A stretch of 220 bases of DNA. It comes from a phage. The stretch is from sequence record X05582.1. One strand, given 5' to 3'. A model generated the notes under the pieces. That model had not been told where the DNA came from. It worked only from the letters and a program-made list of their open reading frames with translations, and searched no databases. Positions 1 to 220 of this stretch are shown one piece after another (position 1 is the stretch's first letter; every line of letters begins with the position of its first letter). The position numbers and the translations under genes are program-made.

Positions 1-218
<218 letters not shown>

Positions 219-220
219 CA

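Overview
This 220-bp window is best explained as an engineered junction, not a natural locus: the right (S/attR) end of bacteriophage Mu joined through a BamHI linker to a 5'-truncated lacZ, as in Mu d lac / pMC1403-type translational-fusion reporters. All calls rest on reading the sequence and on recall of published sequences; no search was run. Reading the minus strand from 220 to 1: the Mu terminus (5'-TGAAGCGGCGCACGAAAAACGCGAAAGCGTTTCACGATAAATGCGAAAAC...), three 22-bp MuA transposase-binding sites (two direct, one inverted), a GGATCC linker, then lacZ from about native codon 9-10 ([34 protein letters not shown]). One minus-strand frame is open across the whole Mu end into lacZ; the other two are closed by stops. 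The window ends exactly at the Mu terminal nucleotide, so sequence beyond 220 should be the insertion target. I see no evidence of a novel natural system here.
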